From: Tubiluchus corallicola
Lineage: Eukaryota > Animalia > Priapulida
Assembly (NCBI GenBank): GCA_030141605.1
Contig: JAQGDQ010000348.1
Location: 186,001 to 250,000, forward strand
Direction: 5' to 3'
DNA length: 64,000 nucleotides
The position numbers and the translations under genes are program-made. This document shows positions 25,565-41,137 of the stretch, one piece after another. Every line of letters starts with the position of its first letter. The first letter of the stretch is position 1. The notes beneath the pieces were generated by a model. The model did not search any database. It worked only from the letters and a program-made list of their open reading frames with translations, and was not told where the DNA came from.

Positions 25565-26150
25565 TCAAAATAATCTACTCTCTAAAATATTGAAAGGAGA
25601 TATACAGTTATTTCAAAAATGACTTACGTGAAAGAATTATTACCACACAAACACAATTTCACGTTCGCGCCACTAGTTCTTCGCTGTTACAAGCATTTCA
25701 GCATTCGCTAGTTAGACGGGCACTTGCGCATGGATTTCGGAAACACATTGCACAAAAGACAGGTGCTGTGCTCTCACTTCAGATCTGTTAGTTTGTGACG
25801 AACTACACACGTTCGTCAGTTCGTGCGTGAGCACAGCTGTAACTTTGAAATTTGAATTATTATGTTAAATATTGCCTAGTTTTAGTACAACACACTGAAT
25901 ATTTTACAGTAGCACAGTACTTCAATTTTTACTTTTACAAACACGTGCAACACGCTGGTGAAATATTTTTGCTGTTAAAAATTATGTTCGTTTGTGATGT
26001 CATCAATAGTCGGGCTTGCTCGCCGTTAGTTAAGTTTTTAATCTTTTATTTAATTATCAGAAACGCTTTTGCAGTATTAATTGTGTTAAAATGTATCCTT
26101 TCATCGGATTTGAAAATGTGGTAGTGTATGAAAAATCATCCTGTCTTCCT
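25565..26150 (-). mobile_element. Family B element lacking one terminus
   Basis: Homologous to 24584-25170; ends ATCCTGTCTTCCT|TTAA. Confidence 0.88.
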
Positions 26151-26238
26151 TTAAGGATTTTTAATGTCGGAGCGTGTGCAGTAGGGATTATGAGACGCAC
26201 ACTTGTTTGATAGGTAGCTGTTTGGTCACCATTTTCAG

Positions 26239-26655
26239 TTAAATTACCCACAATGCATGAACCTCGCCTGACCCTCACTGTAGCGTGGTCACTACACTGT
26301 TTGTGATTAAATTATCCACAATGCATGAACCTCGCCTGACCCTCATGACCCTCACTGCAGCGTGGTCACTACACTGTTTGTGGTTAAATTACCCACAATG
26401 TATGAACCTTGACTGACCCTCACCGTAGCTTGGTAACTACACTGTTTGTGATTAAATTACCCACAATGTATGAACCTTGACTGACCCTCACAGTAGCGTG
26501 GTAACTACACTGTTTGTGATTAAATTGCCCACAATGCATGAACCTCGCCTGACCCTCACTGTAGCCTGGTAACTACAATGTTTATGGTTAAATTACCCAC
26601 AATGTATGAACCTTGACTGACCCTCACCGTAGCCTGGTAACTACACTGTTTGTGA
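26239..26655. repeat. 68-bp minisatellite, about 6 copies
   Basis: Unit TTAAATTACCCACAATGCATGAACCTCGCCTGACCCTCACTGTAGCGTGGTCACTACACTGTTTGTGA. Confidence 0.95.
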
Positions 26656-27064
26656 ACATTCTTAGCGTTCAGAAACATTACCGTCAGCCTACATGTTTTG
26701 TAAGACACGTGATGACAAAATATCAAATAATTGCAATAATTTTCGACTAAGCGAGGAAAGAAAATTCTGTTTCACCACCCGTGCAATAGATTTAAATTTC
26801 TGTGAAGCCATGTGAGCAGGAGCCAGTATTAGCTCTAGTTGTACCAATTTTCTCTTAAGAGTGAAAAAAGTCATTAAATGCTGCAGTGAATCAGTCATTA
26901 TCGACTGTCTGCGTGAGTGTTCATTTATTAGATAAATCATTTAGATACTTGATTGCAAAAAAGCTCCTTCTAAGTTCTGTGGAGGTGACAATGATTAAAT
27001 TGCTTTAGCTGTTATTTTAATAGAAAGTTTTATACAGTCTTCGGCCTCTTTTAAACTCGGTGTT

Positions 27065-27375
27065 GATAGTGATGGAAAAGATGATGATGATGATGATGAT
27101 GGTGACAGCAACAACGACGACGACACTGATGACGATGATGGTGATGATGATGATGATGGTGTGATGATAATAGTGACGAAGGTGACGATGACAGTGATGA
27201 TGACGATAATGACGACGACGACAATTACGGTGATGATGATGATGATGATGACGACGATGATCATAAAGATTACGACGACGAAAGTTATGGTGATGATGAC
27301 GATGATGATGACGACGACGACAGCCATTGTGATAATGACGATGATGATGATGATGATGACGATGACAACGACGTG
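27065..27375. repeat. (GAT/GAC)n degenerate trinucleotide repeat
   Basis: Seen directly; similar tracts near 22030-22210 and 63015-63150. Confidence 0.9.
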
Positions 27376-28162
27376 TGATTAGCCTATACGTCTCTAATGT
27401 TTACCTTTCTCGAGCACGTACAATAAAATGATTGTAATATTCCTACTAACACCCAATAGTAGAGCAATAAGGAAGTACTGTACCAGAATATAAGCGTCCA
27501 TGCGTGAGGTTATTATAACGCTTGGTAAATTTTTGCAGACATATCGCTATTCAGTGAAAAGTGCAAGCCATTACAACCACGGAGCCGTGTTAAGCTACAT
27601 TTATGAAAGTCATACAAGCAGAACTATCGTTTTCCTGTTATAAGTAAGACAAAATGCGAATAACTTTTTCTCTTTTGCAAACGCAGTGCAGTAATGGCTT
27701 ATGGTATTATGATGGTGTAAACGCTATTAGAAAGTTTGTGTGCAAAAAAGATCGCGCGGTGATACTATTTCTTAAGCTCACCTCGTGTAGTTCTGTGAAA
27801 AAGTTGTGATTCGGTTATTGTTTCAGCTGGACGCCAACAAACTTTGCCGTTCCTTGCCTGATTCAATGTTGTAACGTGTGAATGGTATACAGTGGTATCC
27901 TATGTGTGGTCATATGAGTTTTATATCTTGAAAAAGAAGGGGGTCTTCGATTGCTACAGGCTCCGAATGCGTTGACATTGAAATCTCCTACTCCTTGTTT
28001 TAGGCTTATTAGTTACTACTGAATTAAGAGATTTAGTTCTAGTATTGCACACGCGTGGCGCTGTCCAGTAAACAACATTTTATTTACACTGTAAATGTCA
28101 CTTTGTTTCCAGTTTCTAATTCTTACATTGAATTCATTTATTTAACACTAGTCTCAGTTAAA

Positions 28163-28610
28163 TCCTGGTAAAGAAGTCACAGGAAAAATGTCACAGGAAA
28201 AGGTCTCAGATAAAAAGAAATAACCTCACCCTACCTCTAATCCTAACTCTAACCCTAACCATAACTATAACCCCAACCCTACTCCTATCTCTAAGATATT
28301 GAATAAAACGTGGTTTTTCACATATATGTAATGCTATCATATATAAATGTCAATATGTACAAGTCATGTAATGCTATTATGATAACTGATTTGAAATATT
28401 TTCTGTTTTATTACTTTAATTGTTTATGGTACGTAAATAAAATGTGACCGACTTGAATATTTTGGTTTGATTACCTCACTTTCTTTCGCTGCCAAAATTG
28501 CAACTTTTTTCTCTCCACTGTAAATTAATTGTGACTTCTTGTTTTTTTTCCTATCTACAAAATTGTGACATTTTTCAGTAACTTTTCTCTTGTGACATTA
28601 TTACCAGTCA
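28163..28610. mobile_element. Unclassified TIR element with internal (TAACCC)-like tract
   Basis: CTGGTAAAGAAGTCACAGG...TGTGACATTATTACCAGTCA; related terminus TGACTGGTAAAAAAGCCACAGG near 43968. Confidence 0.5.
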
Positions 28611-29027
28611 TAGCTAGTCACGTGACGAGGTAGATTTAACAAGCTAAGTTCGTACATCTCTCTTTGCTTACTGTAACTATTGACTATAAAATATCGTTAA
28701 CATAGTTGATTTGAATCATTTTCTTCACATTTTTCTACTTATAACTCTACTGTCAGAGGTTAAATAATGTTGCATTTGCCTCATTTCTCTTCTCTGGTAT
28801 CTCTTCGTGAACTTCGATTTTCTCTGGTTTAATTCATTGCGCTGTCTGCGCTGTTCTGATAGTAGAGAGACTTGGCTTAATGAAGAGGATTTTTGTTGCA
28901 AAAGATGCAATCCTGTGTTTGTCGTTTGATTTCCCACTAATCCGGTTTTAGAGTATTACCATCCAGTCAGTATAGTGGACTTACGAGGCGTATCTAAGCA
29001 ACAAGTTTTCTGGTCACCTGGCTTGCT

Positions 29028-29275
29028 GGGAGAGAGAGAAACGAGGGAAGAGAGAGGGAGAGAGAGAAAGAGAACGAAGAAAAGAGGGAGGGAGAGAGAA
29101 AGAACGAGGAAAAGAGGGAGGGAGGGAGGGAGAAAGAGAACGAGGAAAAGAGGGAGGGAGAGAGAGGGAGAGAGAGAGAGAGAGAAACGAGGGAAGAGAG
29201 AGAGACAAAGAGAAAGAGAGAGGGAGAGAGAGAAAGAGAACGAGAGACGAAGACAGAGAGATGAAATAGAGGGAA
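29028..29275. repeat. GA-rich simple repeat
   Basis: Seen directly. Confidence 0.95.
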
Positions 29276-29778
29276 TAAATGAGGTTTAAACATGGCTTTT
29301 TTCAGCAAATAGAGGAAAATAGCAAAAAAAGGGTAATATTTTCCCGAGTGTACGAAATCGTCATAAATCCTTTGTTCGCAAACATGTAGTTCTAATACAG
29401 CTGTAAGTAATACAGTAGCAGTAATAATCTATAGGCACATAAGCTTATATATAGAGGTTGGTAGTGTTTCTTTCACAAGTACGCTTTTGTCTGCTTGGAC
29501 AACAATTAAAACGTGTAAAATAACCGCTCAATATTTTCATGAATGCCTCAGAATTTTCTCAAATCAATACAAACTTTCAACGTGTGAATTACTATTATTT
29601 AACATGTTATTATATAAGCAACCGCAGCTGTGAAGTGTGATACGTATAACCACTGTACCCAGGTATAGGCGGAGAAACATTTAAATTAGCTGTATAGATT
29701 TGTGTGCATTATGCACGTGTGCCCAAGAGTTCGGAGTTTTTGTGTGCAACATCGGTTTCAAATTAATATTTCAGTTAA

Positions 29779-30211
29779 AGGAAGACAGAATGATTTTTCG
29801 TAAAAATACCCTATTTTCAAGTATGGTAAAAATGTATACGTTTTAACGCCAGTAATACTGCAAAAGCGTTTCTGTTAATTAAGTAATAGATTAAAATCTT
29901 AATTAACGGCGGGCGAGCCCAACTATTAATGACATCACAAACTAACATAATTTTCAACATCAAAATTATTCCATGAGCGTGCTGCATGTGTTTGCGAAAC
30001 AGAAAATTGAAGTACAGTGCTACTGTAAGATATTCAGTGTGTTGTACTAAAACTAGTGCTCGTCTAAATAGCGAATGGCGAAATACATGTAACACCGAAA
30101 AACTAGTGGCACGAACGTGAAATTGTGTTTGTTTGATAATAATTCCTTCTTTAAAAAACAGCATGTTTCCTTTCAATATTTTAAATAGTAGATTGTTTTG
30201 ACCTACAGTTT
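29779..30211 (+). mobile_element. Family B element with internal deletions, fused to a family A copy
   Basis: TTAA|AGGAAGACAGAAT...GACCTACAGTTT, then family A sequence. Confidence 0.85.
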
Positions 30212-30224
30212 CAGAGTGGTAAAC

Positions 30225-30720
30225 CAAAGCCTGGCGCCGCATCACTTCAGTAACTTCAGCTATTTTACGTGGACTTTACTTAACTATGCATTAGTCTGTG
30301 CATAGAGTGATTTACTAGCAGGATCTTGGGAACAAGTAGAAATGAACTAGGTAAGGTTCTAGCTAGCTGTTAAAACTATTACTTTTACAATAGCGTGGGC
30401 TGCGAGTCGTTGTTAAGTGTACACAAATGCATTGTCAAGTCTGCACAAATGCATTGTCAAGTCTGCACAAATGCGTTGTCAAGTCTGCACAAATGCGTTG
30501 TCAAGTCTGCACAAATGCGTTGTCAAGTCTGCACAAATGCGTTGTCAAGTCTGCACAAATGCGTTGTCAAGTCTACACAAATGCATTGTCAAGTCTACAG
30601 AAATGCGTTGTCAAGTCTGCACAAATGCATTGTCAAGTCTAAAGAAATGCGTTGTCTGGTACACTTAGCCTTTGATCTTTTCACGATCATCATCAATCGC
30701 TGGAACGGCAAAGGCTTATT
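30225..30720 (-). mobile_element. Family A MITE carrying an internal 22-bp minisatellite (30409-30657)
   Basis: Ends AAGGCTTATT; (GTCTGCACAAATGCGTTGTCAA) about 11 times. Confidence 0.88.
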
Positions 30721-31572
30721 CCAATTCGTAACTGTTATTTCAAATATCCAATATCAAATATTTCAAAACTCTCCAATATTCAGTTTGTTTTGCAAAGCCA
30801 CCATTGTTCAATGTGACGTCACGCCTAATGTTGGAAAACGAATCTGAGGTGGCTGATGCTTTCTTGAACTAATCTAGAAGAATTGCTCTGGGGTCTGGTA
30901 CCATGAGGTTTTCTTCCAGCAGCATTCTTACACATTCTTTTGTAAATTCTGAGCTTAATATAATAAACTGAATTAATTTTCTAAAGCGACATCGAATCTC
31001 GTTACTACGTTTCGCGACAGACGGCGCTTTTGCGCACTAGGAGACAGTGGTTACAATTACACAGTGGGATTACCTCATTTTCCAATCCATATTTAATTTC
31101 ACGCTTCTTTAACTAGAGAATTGTGCCACCCAAAGAGACCCACTTGCAATTTCCAGGCAGGCATACATGCTCAGAAAAGATGACAGGGATTATTGTATTT
31201 TCTCAGCCGCTCGTGCACAGAGAACTCCTGTTCCTTCAACTCATGTCTGGTGTCTGTCTGATAGCAATTCCAGTTTTGAAAACAGTTTAGGCTTTGTAAT
31301 TGCATTTTGAAGAATTGATAAGCAAACAAGAGATCGGTTGGTTGTGTCAGTATAAGCGGTTAAGACAGCCATGCTTATTCCATTAGTTTTGTTTGCATTA
31401 AAAATATATTTGAAACGCGTCCAATCAAATTTATCGGAATTAAATATTTGCGCTGCGTGCAGACGTGCTGGTTTACAAGTGCTGGGTGTTTATTGGTTTC
31501 TAAGAATGAGCTTATTATAACTTTTAAATTGCTGGCATTATTATCGTTGTCGTCGCCGTCACCGCTTTTAAG

Positions 31573-32093
31573 TTAGACTCAATCTCATTTTAATTTACTA
31601 TCCAAAACATACGTTTTCTTGGCTATAGAAGTTAGTAGTTGTTTCTAATGTTTGAATAATTGCTTTGAAAAGTTAATTAACGGCAACCGAACACACACAA
31701 GTATCGCTTACGTCACAAACTAACCACAGTTTGTGCAATGGTAGGCCTTTTCCCTGCACCTCAACGTTGGCTTATATTGCTATAACACGTTCATGGGATG
31801 TCACGAAAATGAGTCCTGGGCAACACTGACGTCACACATGAACACTTCAGTTCATGATCGTGCTTATCACGGTACCGCCCCATTTGTCTTCCACGCGAAT
31901 GTGACAAAAAGGCGCCATTGTCTTAGCGGATTCCCTGAGCTGCGTGTAGTTTTGAAAATTTAACAGAATTTAACTATCCGAGGTAATTATTATTTAATCT
32001 AAGGTTTGACTTTAAAAAAACTATTGTAGTTTTCAACATTTTAGAGTACACTTTATTTTGAATTAATGTCTACACAATCAATCCGGTTTTCCT
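31573..32093 (-). mobile_element. Family D element
   Basis: Reverse complement of 11547-12040; ends ATCCGGTTTTCCT. Confidence 0.8.
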
Positions 32094-32317
32094 TTATAAG
32101 TAGTTTCACGTTCGGCTTCATTACAGGTTTGTGTACTCATAACTTGAACTGCGAAGTAGTGTTACATTCAGTCACTGCTGCTCACAAAGGGAGTTTGACA
32201 GCGTCACCAATATTTGTCAGCGCTAACGTACCAGATCGCTTATAAAAACCGAACCATTAATTTGTTTTAAAAACTGCGACGAATGGGTTTCAAATTTTGG
32301 CAAGTCATGCGTTTTAA

Positions 32318-32618
32318 AGCAAAATCGGACCTAATCTTAAATTGCAGGTCAAAACAATCTACTCTTCAAAATACTGAAAGCAAACACTATTTTTTTAAAA
32401 TTGACTTGCGTCTATCTCACAGAAGCACTGTACTTCAATTTTCGCTGTCGCAAACACGTGTTCAAAATTATTTTAGTTTGTGATGTCATCAATAGTTGGG
32501 CTCGCAGTCAGTATTAATAATCAGTAATCAGCTGTAATCAGTATTAATTGTGTTAAAATGTAAACTTTTTATCGTACTTGAGAATGGGACAGTGTATGAA
32601 AAATCATCCTGTCTTCCT
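32318..32618 (-). mobile_element. Family B element, internally deleted
   Basis: TTAA|AGCAAAATCGGAC...ATCCTGTCTTCCT. Confidence 0.85.
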
Positions 32619-33511
32619 TTCAGCAATTAAAATTCGGTTGCTTTACAAAAGCATGTACCTATTATCTACAGTACAGCACGTATGAAATTCTTGATTAACT
32701 ACAACTTTTCAGAAGATGAAGACTTTAAATTTGCTGTAAACATTTCGTATCGTCCAAGAAATCTTCGTTTTTTGTTCAGCTCCATTACAAGTTTGTGTAC
32801 TCATAACCTGCATTACAGCGCTTATTGGAATTATGATATTGATCCACAAAAACAAACCTTGGGTTATAGACTGCACGTGGATGGTGCTCTGATCCAGAAT
32901 GTTAAAAATTTAGACTAACTGGAGCTGCTGAGTGAATTCTTGTAAATTATTTTTATTGTTAGTGTGTTTATCTTGGTTTCTAATAGAATTTTACATTATC
33001 CGTGCGGCTCCATGTCATTGAAGGTTTTTTCTTGTTTCTTCTTAGATGAGTGCCCTCGTTCTCGTTCCGCCATTAGTATTTTGCCCGTTTTTGTCGCTGC
33101 AGGACTAGGGCTAATGAGGACTTCTACAGGACAGTATTATTGCCCAAATTTAGTGTCTGCGTAGTTCCCACGTACATGTTGCGAGAGAACCGATAGGGAT
33201 AATGGTGCTTTTGTGCTGCGTTTACTACCTTTTTGCGGTAAATCTCCAGATATTTTCGTTTTTAACGGTCTATCGTATTTGGCAGATGTTAGTAGACAAG
33301 TAGTCTGTGAGAAGAAATGAATTCTACTGTATCGTCGTCTATTTGTATTCTGTCAAAACTTTGATAAGTTTTTTATGTAAAACTTATCAGAGTTTATTTT
33401 AAACTACTCATTGAATTATTGAGTAGTTACAGGACCTTTACCGAAATTCATGTGACCACAATGTACCATTGCTAATCCACTAAAAGGCGTGGTAAAGTGT
33501 GTGATACTGAT

Positions 33512-33888
33512 AATAAGCCTTTTCACAGTTGCAGCGATTGATGATGATCGTGGAAAGGTCAAAGGTTAAGTGTACCAGACAACGCACTTGACAACGCCTC
33601 GCAGCCCATGCTATTGTATTAGTAACAGTTTTAACAGCTACCTAGATCCTTACCTAGTTCATATTTTCTTGTTCTCAAACAAGATCCTGCTATAGGAAAT
33701 CACTCTACGCACAAACTAATGCATAATCGAGTAACGTCCACGTAAACAACTGAAGTTACTGAACTGATACGGCAAACGGCTTTGTTTTACCCACAAGTCA
33801 CATGAGTAACGACGCGTTGCTGTGGTACACTTAACCTTTGACCTACAGCGACTGCGCGTGTGCACAACGAAACTGTAAAAAATCTTAT
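33512..33888 (+). mobile_element. Family A MITE
   Basis: AATAAGCCTTTTCACAGTT...AACTGTAAAAAATCTTAT. Confidence 0.85.
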
Positions 33889-34104
33889 CGTCTTTCTGTG
33901 ATTATTGACAATTTTGACTTTCTAAGCGTACAGGAAGGTGTTAGCCAATCAAGCCCACAATTTTTGCGTTTAACTCCACTTAAGATAAAATTACGCGAAA
34001 GCATTATATTGTATAGCATTAGCATTAAGCATGTAAGACGCTTTAGCATGTTAAGCATCTTTCTCTCACTTGTTGGTTTAATAGGCTAACTTTAAAATGT
34101 TCAA

Positions 34105-34539
34105 TGCACACGAAAATCCTTTAGTTACATAAACCTAAAAAAGCCGTTTGATTTGATATCACTTACGTATTGCCTTATTGTATACAAAGTTTGTATTAGC
34201 AGTAATGCCGTATAAAGTTTCAAAATTTTAACCCTGTGTGATGAAAACAAGTTTAGATAACATTGTGCAGAGTTTGAATAATAATCAGTGTATTCGTTTC
34301 TGTAATCTAGCAAAAGTATAAATTACTGTATCCTGTCAGTAAGATCAAAAGTACGTTTTTGGTGAGTCGGTGATGCACCCTGGGAAGGTGAGTCAGTGAC
34401 ATTTTACCTTTTGACACGAACATTTTAAATTATTAATAATTTTCTTTTCTAGCTACATAAGTCTTTCAAGCAAGTAAGTGTAATGCTAAGTTATAAAACT
34501 TTGTGTGGAAAATTCTTTAAAATAGCATTTTCTTTCCCT
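34105..34539 (-). mobile_element. Family C' element
   Basis: Reverse complement of 5720-6192; ends TTTCTTTCCCT|TTAA. Confidence 0.7.
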
Positions 34540-34964
34540 TTAAATAATCCGACTTAATTAAAGTTATTCTGTATATCGCAAAAATTCTATATATATCACA
34601 AAATATATCACAAGTTATCTTCAAAATTCCTCATCAAACTTTATCATTTCAGACGAATCATAAAAGCTAATTGAGTGGTAAAGAGTTAACGCAGCACAAC
34701 AACCTTGCCGTCATAACATCCCTGAATTGTTATTATTACATCAGTACACGTCGTTTATAAAGGTAGTGGAGTAAGACGAATGTCAGACGCTTGTGTGATA
34801 TTAAGTGAAAGTGGCAGACGATGTATAAATGGCAAACAGATTTCTTTCATCAATAATGCAGCTAGAGTGGAGTACGCAGACGACACGGTTGTTATAGCGC
34901 CCCAGTTTTGCAACGGAAGAGAAGACGTTGGGTAGTGAAGACATGTCACATTCGAATGTAATGG

Positions 34965-35335
34965 AATAAGCTTTTTCACAGTTTCGTTGTGCGCATGCGC
35001 ACTTACTGTAGGTCAAAAGTTGTACCGCAGGAAGGCGTCTTAGCTATAACCGTCACATATGCGGGTAAAACAAAGCGTCTGCCGTATCATTTCAGCAACT
35101 TCAGTTGTTTTACGTGGACTTTACTTAATTGTACATTAGTTTATGCATAGAGTGATTTACTAGCAGGATCTTGCTTGGGAACTAGGTACGGTTCTAGCTA
35201 GCTGTTAAAACTGTTACTATTATAACAGCATGGGCTGCGAGGCGTTGTTAAGTGTACACAAATGCGTTGTCTGGCACGCTTAACCTTGACCTTACACGAT
35301 CATCATCAATCGTTGGAGCTATGAAAAGGCTTATT
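34965..35335 (-). mobile_element. Family A MITE
   Basis: AATAAGCTTTTTCACAGTT...ATGAAAAGGCTTATT. Confidence 0.85.
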
Positions 35336-35424
35336 AAGGATTCCAAACAACGTTTATTGTGTCGGTTTTGATGATTTAAATACATAAATAATCCAATATG
35401 GACGTTGGTGGGTTAAACACAATA

Positions 35425-35621
35425 AAACGCCCGTGGAATATTTTCGATGTTAAAAATTATGTTAGTTTGTGATGTCATCAATAGTTAGGCACGCCCGTTG
35501 TTAATTAAGTTTTTAATTTATTATGTAATTATCAGAAACGCTTTTGCAGTATTAATTGAATTAAAATGTATACTTTTTATCGGATTTGAAAACAGCGTAT
35601 GAAAAATCATCCAGTCTTCCT
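35425..35621 (-). mobile_element. Family B left-end fragment abutting family C
   Basis: Ends ATCCAGTCTTCCT|TTAA|AGGGCAAG. Confidence 0.8.
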
Positions 35622-35625
35622 TTAA

Positions 35626-36300
35626 AGGGCAAGGCAAGGGGTACCTGAAGTAGGTTTCAGACAAATCGCCTTAAGAAATTATACTACTTTATAGGAATTT
35701 TATGCCTGCATCGCACGTTGAAAGGCATTTTTGTTTGTTTTCTTTTTAAATTTCCCGCGACACTATTCCGACCGCGCCATTACATGACATCATATATGCA
35801 CAACGTAAATCAGGGGAAGAAAAGGGAATGTTAAACTATGTCCCACAAAACTTTCTATGCAAATCTCTATTACTTAGCATTCCGCTTACCTGCTGGAAAG
35901 ACTTATGTAAGTAAAAGAGAAAAATTATTCATTGTTTAAAATGTTTTCACCAATTGGTAAAATATCGCTGACTCACCCTCCAGGGTGCACCACTCACTAA
36001 CCAAAAAACGTATTTTTAATCTTATTGACAAGATACAGTAATTTTAAATTTTACTTAGTTAGTAACATGTGCGCTACGAATGCTCTGATTATTTTTTCAA
36101 ACTTTAGAGAATGTTATCTGAATTTGTTTCAAATCGTCAAAATGGCTGCGCCTAACGGTCATCGCGGGAGTCTAAATTCACAGTTTTTATACAGCGTTAT
36201 TACCGACGCAAGTCCTCAAGGCAAAAATGCCGTACGTAAGTGGTATAAAATTTCAAGATGAATTTTTTAGCTTTGCGTAAGTGGAGGGTTTTCTTGTGCT
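35626..36300 (+). mobile_element. Family C Kolobok-like element, full length
   Basis: TTAA|AGGGCAAGGCAAGGGGTACC...GGTTTTCTTGTGCT|TTAA; copies at 40327 and 56865. Confidence 0.87.
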
Positions 36301-36341
36301 TTAATTATTGTCTCGGCAGTAGCTGTCTCGTGTCATCACGT

Positions 36342-37773
<1,432 letters not shown>

Positions 37774-38574
37774 TTTTATAAATACAAAATGAGGTGTTAA
37801 CTGTGTGCTATGTTATTAACCGTCTTCACTTGAAAACACAATGGTGAGCAGAACAGGCATTATATGGAGAACAATTCATCTTTTGACGACTAAATATTTT
37901 CTGAATTGTTATTGCAGTGAGCAGGTCATATGAATGAAACGTAGTCGTTATCTTATTAAAACAACCCGTCCGCAAAAAGACGCTTTAAATCTTGTTTGTG
38001 TTGCGAGAAACTCAACGAATATGAAAAATTGAGGATTTGGTATTTCCATTAGTGAAATCCACAAACTGCCAAGCGTGCACGTTGCTGGGCTTTGTGCTGT
38101 TGTCAAATTTATTGTAGTTTGTGCGCTAATGAATCTGGGAGAGAATGCGAGGGTTTCTGGACATATTTAAATAGTTCTGTTGCTCAATCGATCAGTCCGG
38201 GGTAAAATCCCTGCAGATTATCGGAATACTGATTGTCTGTCCAAAAGAGGATCTAGCTTGCTGAGCGATGGGCATCTCCTTTCGTTACAAGAGGGCTCGC
38301 GGATCAATCACACTTTTGTATGGACCTGAGAGGAATGTAACAGTAAGTTGTTAAATGTTTACTTTAAAACTTTGTGCAAGGCACGTTTGTTCTAGGGCAT
38401 TTCTCATAGATCTGGTCTTGTATTTTTACCTGTAGCAAAGGTTGTTAGGATAATGAAAACCTGTATTGATTTTAATTACTGAGCAACATCAACCGACATT
38501 AATTATTGTTTAATATCGTGCATGAAATTTCTAATAAATTCATTTTGTTTTCACTTCTGTTTCATCACCCCACT

Positions 38575-39220
<646 letters not shown>

Positions 39221-40326
39221 GATGGTTCTACTTCTGCCTACAGTTTTTGCTTTAGTAAATAAATTGCAGCAGGTTCATAATCAGTCCATCTGCAAGTCAC
39301 TGCAATAGTCAAACTCACAAAGGGACAAAAAACTAGTTAATGACTTTTCTAAATGAGACCTATGCTGGCAGAGTTGTCCACTCCCTGTGTCCAGTGTCAC
39401 CCACTGGAAGGGGTCCACTCTCAGTGTCCAGTGTCTTACCCACTTGGATGCATGTGACTTTTCCATTGAAGAGAGAAGGAGCATTACGACAAAAGAAACC
39501 ATCCAGGAGTTTTTTACCTGCTACCCTCCATTTATTAACTAGGTTTACACCTGCTTAACTTTTTTTGCGTATTCATTGCAGCCACACGCACGCCGTGACC
39601 ATTCAGCTGTTCATCCACATGCTGCTTATATGAGCATATGGGCCAGTGACAGCTCGTAGCTAAAATGCGCACAACAGCCAAACACCACGTTGCTGGAACT
39701 GTGAGCGCACTGTACTGGGCTGTGAAGCAAACAGTACTACCCTCATGTGCTCTGGTTCTGTACAAGTATAAAGAAAGAACTAAGTAAAAAAGACTTGTTA
39801 TTTTGAACATTAATGGTAATATCGAGTGAAAATGCGTGGGGCTGCAGTTCCACACTACCTATACACGAGCTGCCACTGAGATTCAAGGGGCAACACGCGA
39901 GTGCGTCGTTATTTAAACAAAATGCATTTTGAAATTTCCCGTTCCAGCCCATGTCAAATGGCTTGACAGTGAAGTGAATTAAAATGTAGTCGACGCGATT
40001 GAACTGCATGGAACTTGTCATCAAAGTCAACCCTCCCTTCCTCCGCTTTACATTTCTCCGTTTGCATTCGTTTTACTGAAATGGATGGAAATTGGACAGC
40101 GCATTTCAGTCACGTATTTGAACCCGTTATTAAACGTGTTAGGCAATCGGAAATTTGATCTAGATGTATTGATGAAAAACGTTGAATTGGCAAGAACAAA
40201 CTTTGCACGCGTTTTGCATCGTCTTGAACCCATACGCGTGGGCTTCTTTCGTGCTGCTGCTAAACGAATTGTAGCCTCAAATGTTTAATACAGAGGTTGC
40301 TAAAGCTCGTCTTGTACTAAATTTGA

Positions 40327-41008
40327 AGCATAAGGAAACCATCCACTTGCATAAAGCTCTAAAATTCGTCTTGAAATTTTATACCACTTTACGTACAGCC
40401 TTTTTGCATGCAGGGCTTACTCCGGCAGTAACGCTGTATAAAACGTGTGAATTTTAACTCCCGCGATGACCGTTAGGTGCAGCCATTTTGACGATAAGTC
40501 ATTTGAAACAAGTTTAGACAACATTGAGTAAAGTTTGAAAAAATAATCAGAGCATTCGTAGCACACACCTCACTAACTAAGTAACATTTTAAGGTACTAT
40601 ATGTTGTCAGTAAGATTAAAATACGTTTTTTGGTTAGTGAGTGGTGCACCCTGGAGGTGAGTCAGCGATATTTTACCAATTGGTGAAAACATTTTAGATA
40701 ATTAATAATTTTCTTTACCAGTTACGTAAGTTTTTCCAGCAGGTAAGCGAAACGCTAAGTAATATAACTTTCAATGGAAAGTTTTTTGGGACGTAGTTTA
40801 AAGTTTCCCTTTCTTCTCTGATTTACGTTGTGCGTATGTGACGTCTTGTAATGGCGCCGTCGGAACAGTATTGCGAGAGTTTTAAAATGAAAACAAACAA
40901 AAAATCCTTTCAACGCGAGTACGATATATGCATAAAATTGCATAAGGTATTTTAATTTTTCAAGACGATTTTTCTGAAACCTACTTCAGGTACCCTTTTT
41001 CTTGTCCT
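40327..41008 (-). mobile_element. Family C element, full length
   Basis: TTGA|AGCATAAGGAAACC...CTTTTTCTTGTCCT|TTAA. Confidence 0.87.
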
Positions 41009-41137
41009 TTAACTAGAACAAAAAATTGTTGGAGTTTTGTCAGAAGTAGAAAGATCTGGATGATTACTAACTTTCAGAGTTTATAAATATGGCGTTAATT
41101 GTCTAACAAATATCCAGTTTCAACTAATTACTATTTC

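Noticed and set aside
29817-30847. Recurring ORFs such as KHVQHA..LKIMLVCDVIN and the CQVCTNALSSLHK repeats as a gene family
   Set aside because: They are chance translations of family B MITEs and of the 22-bp minisatellite, with frames broken between copies
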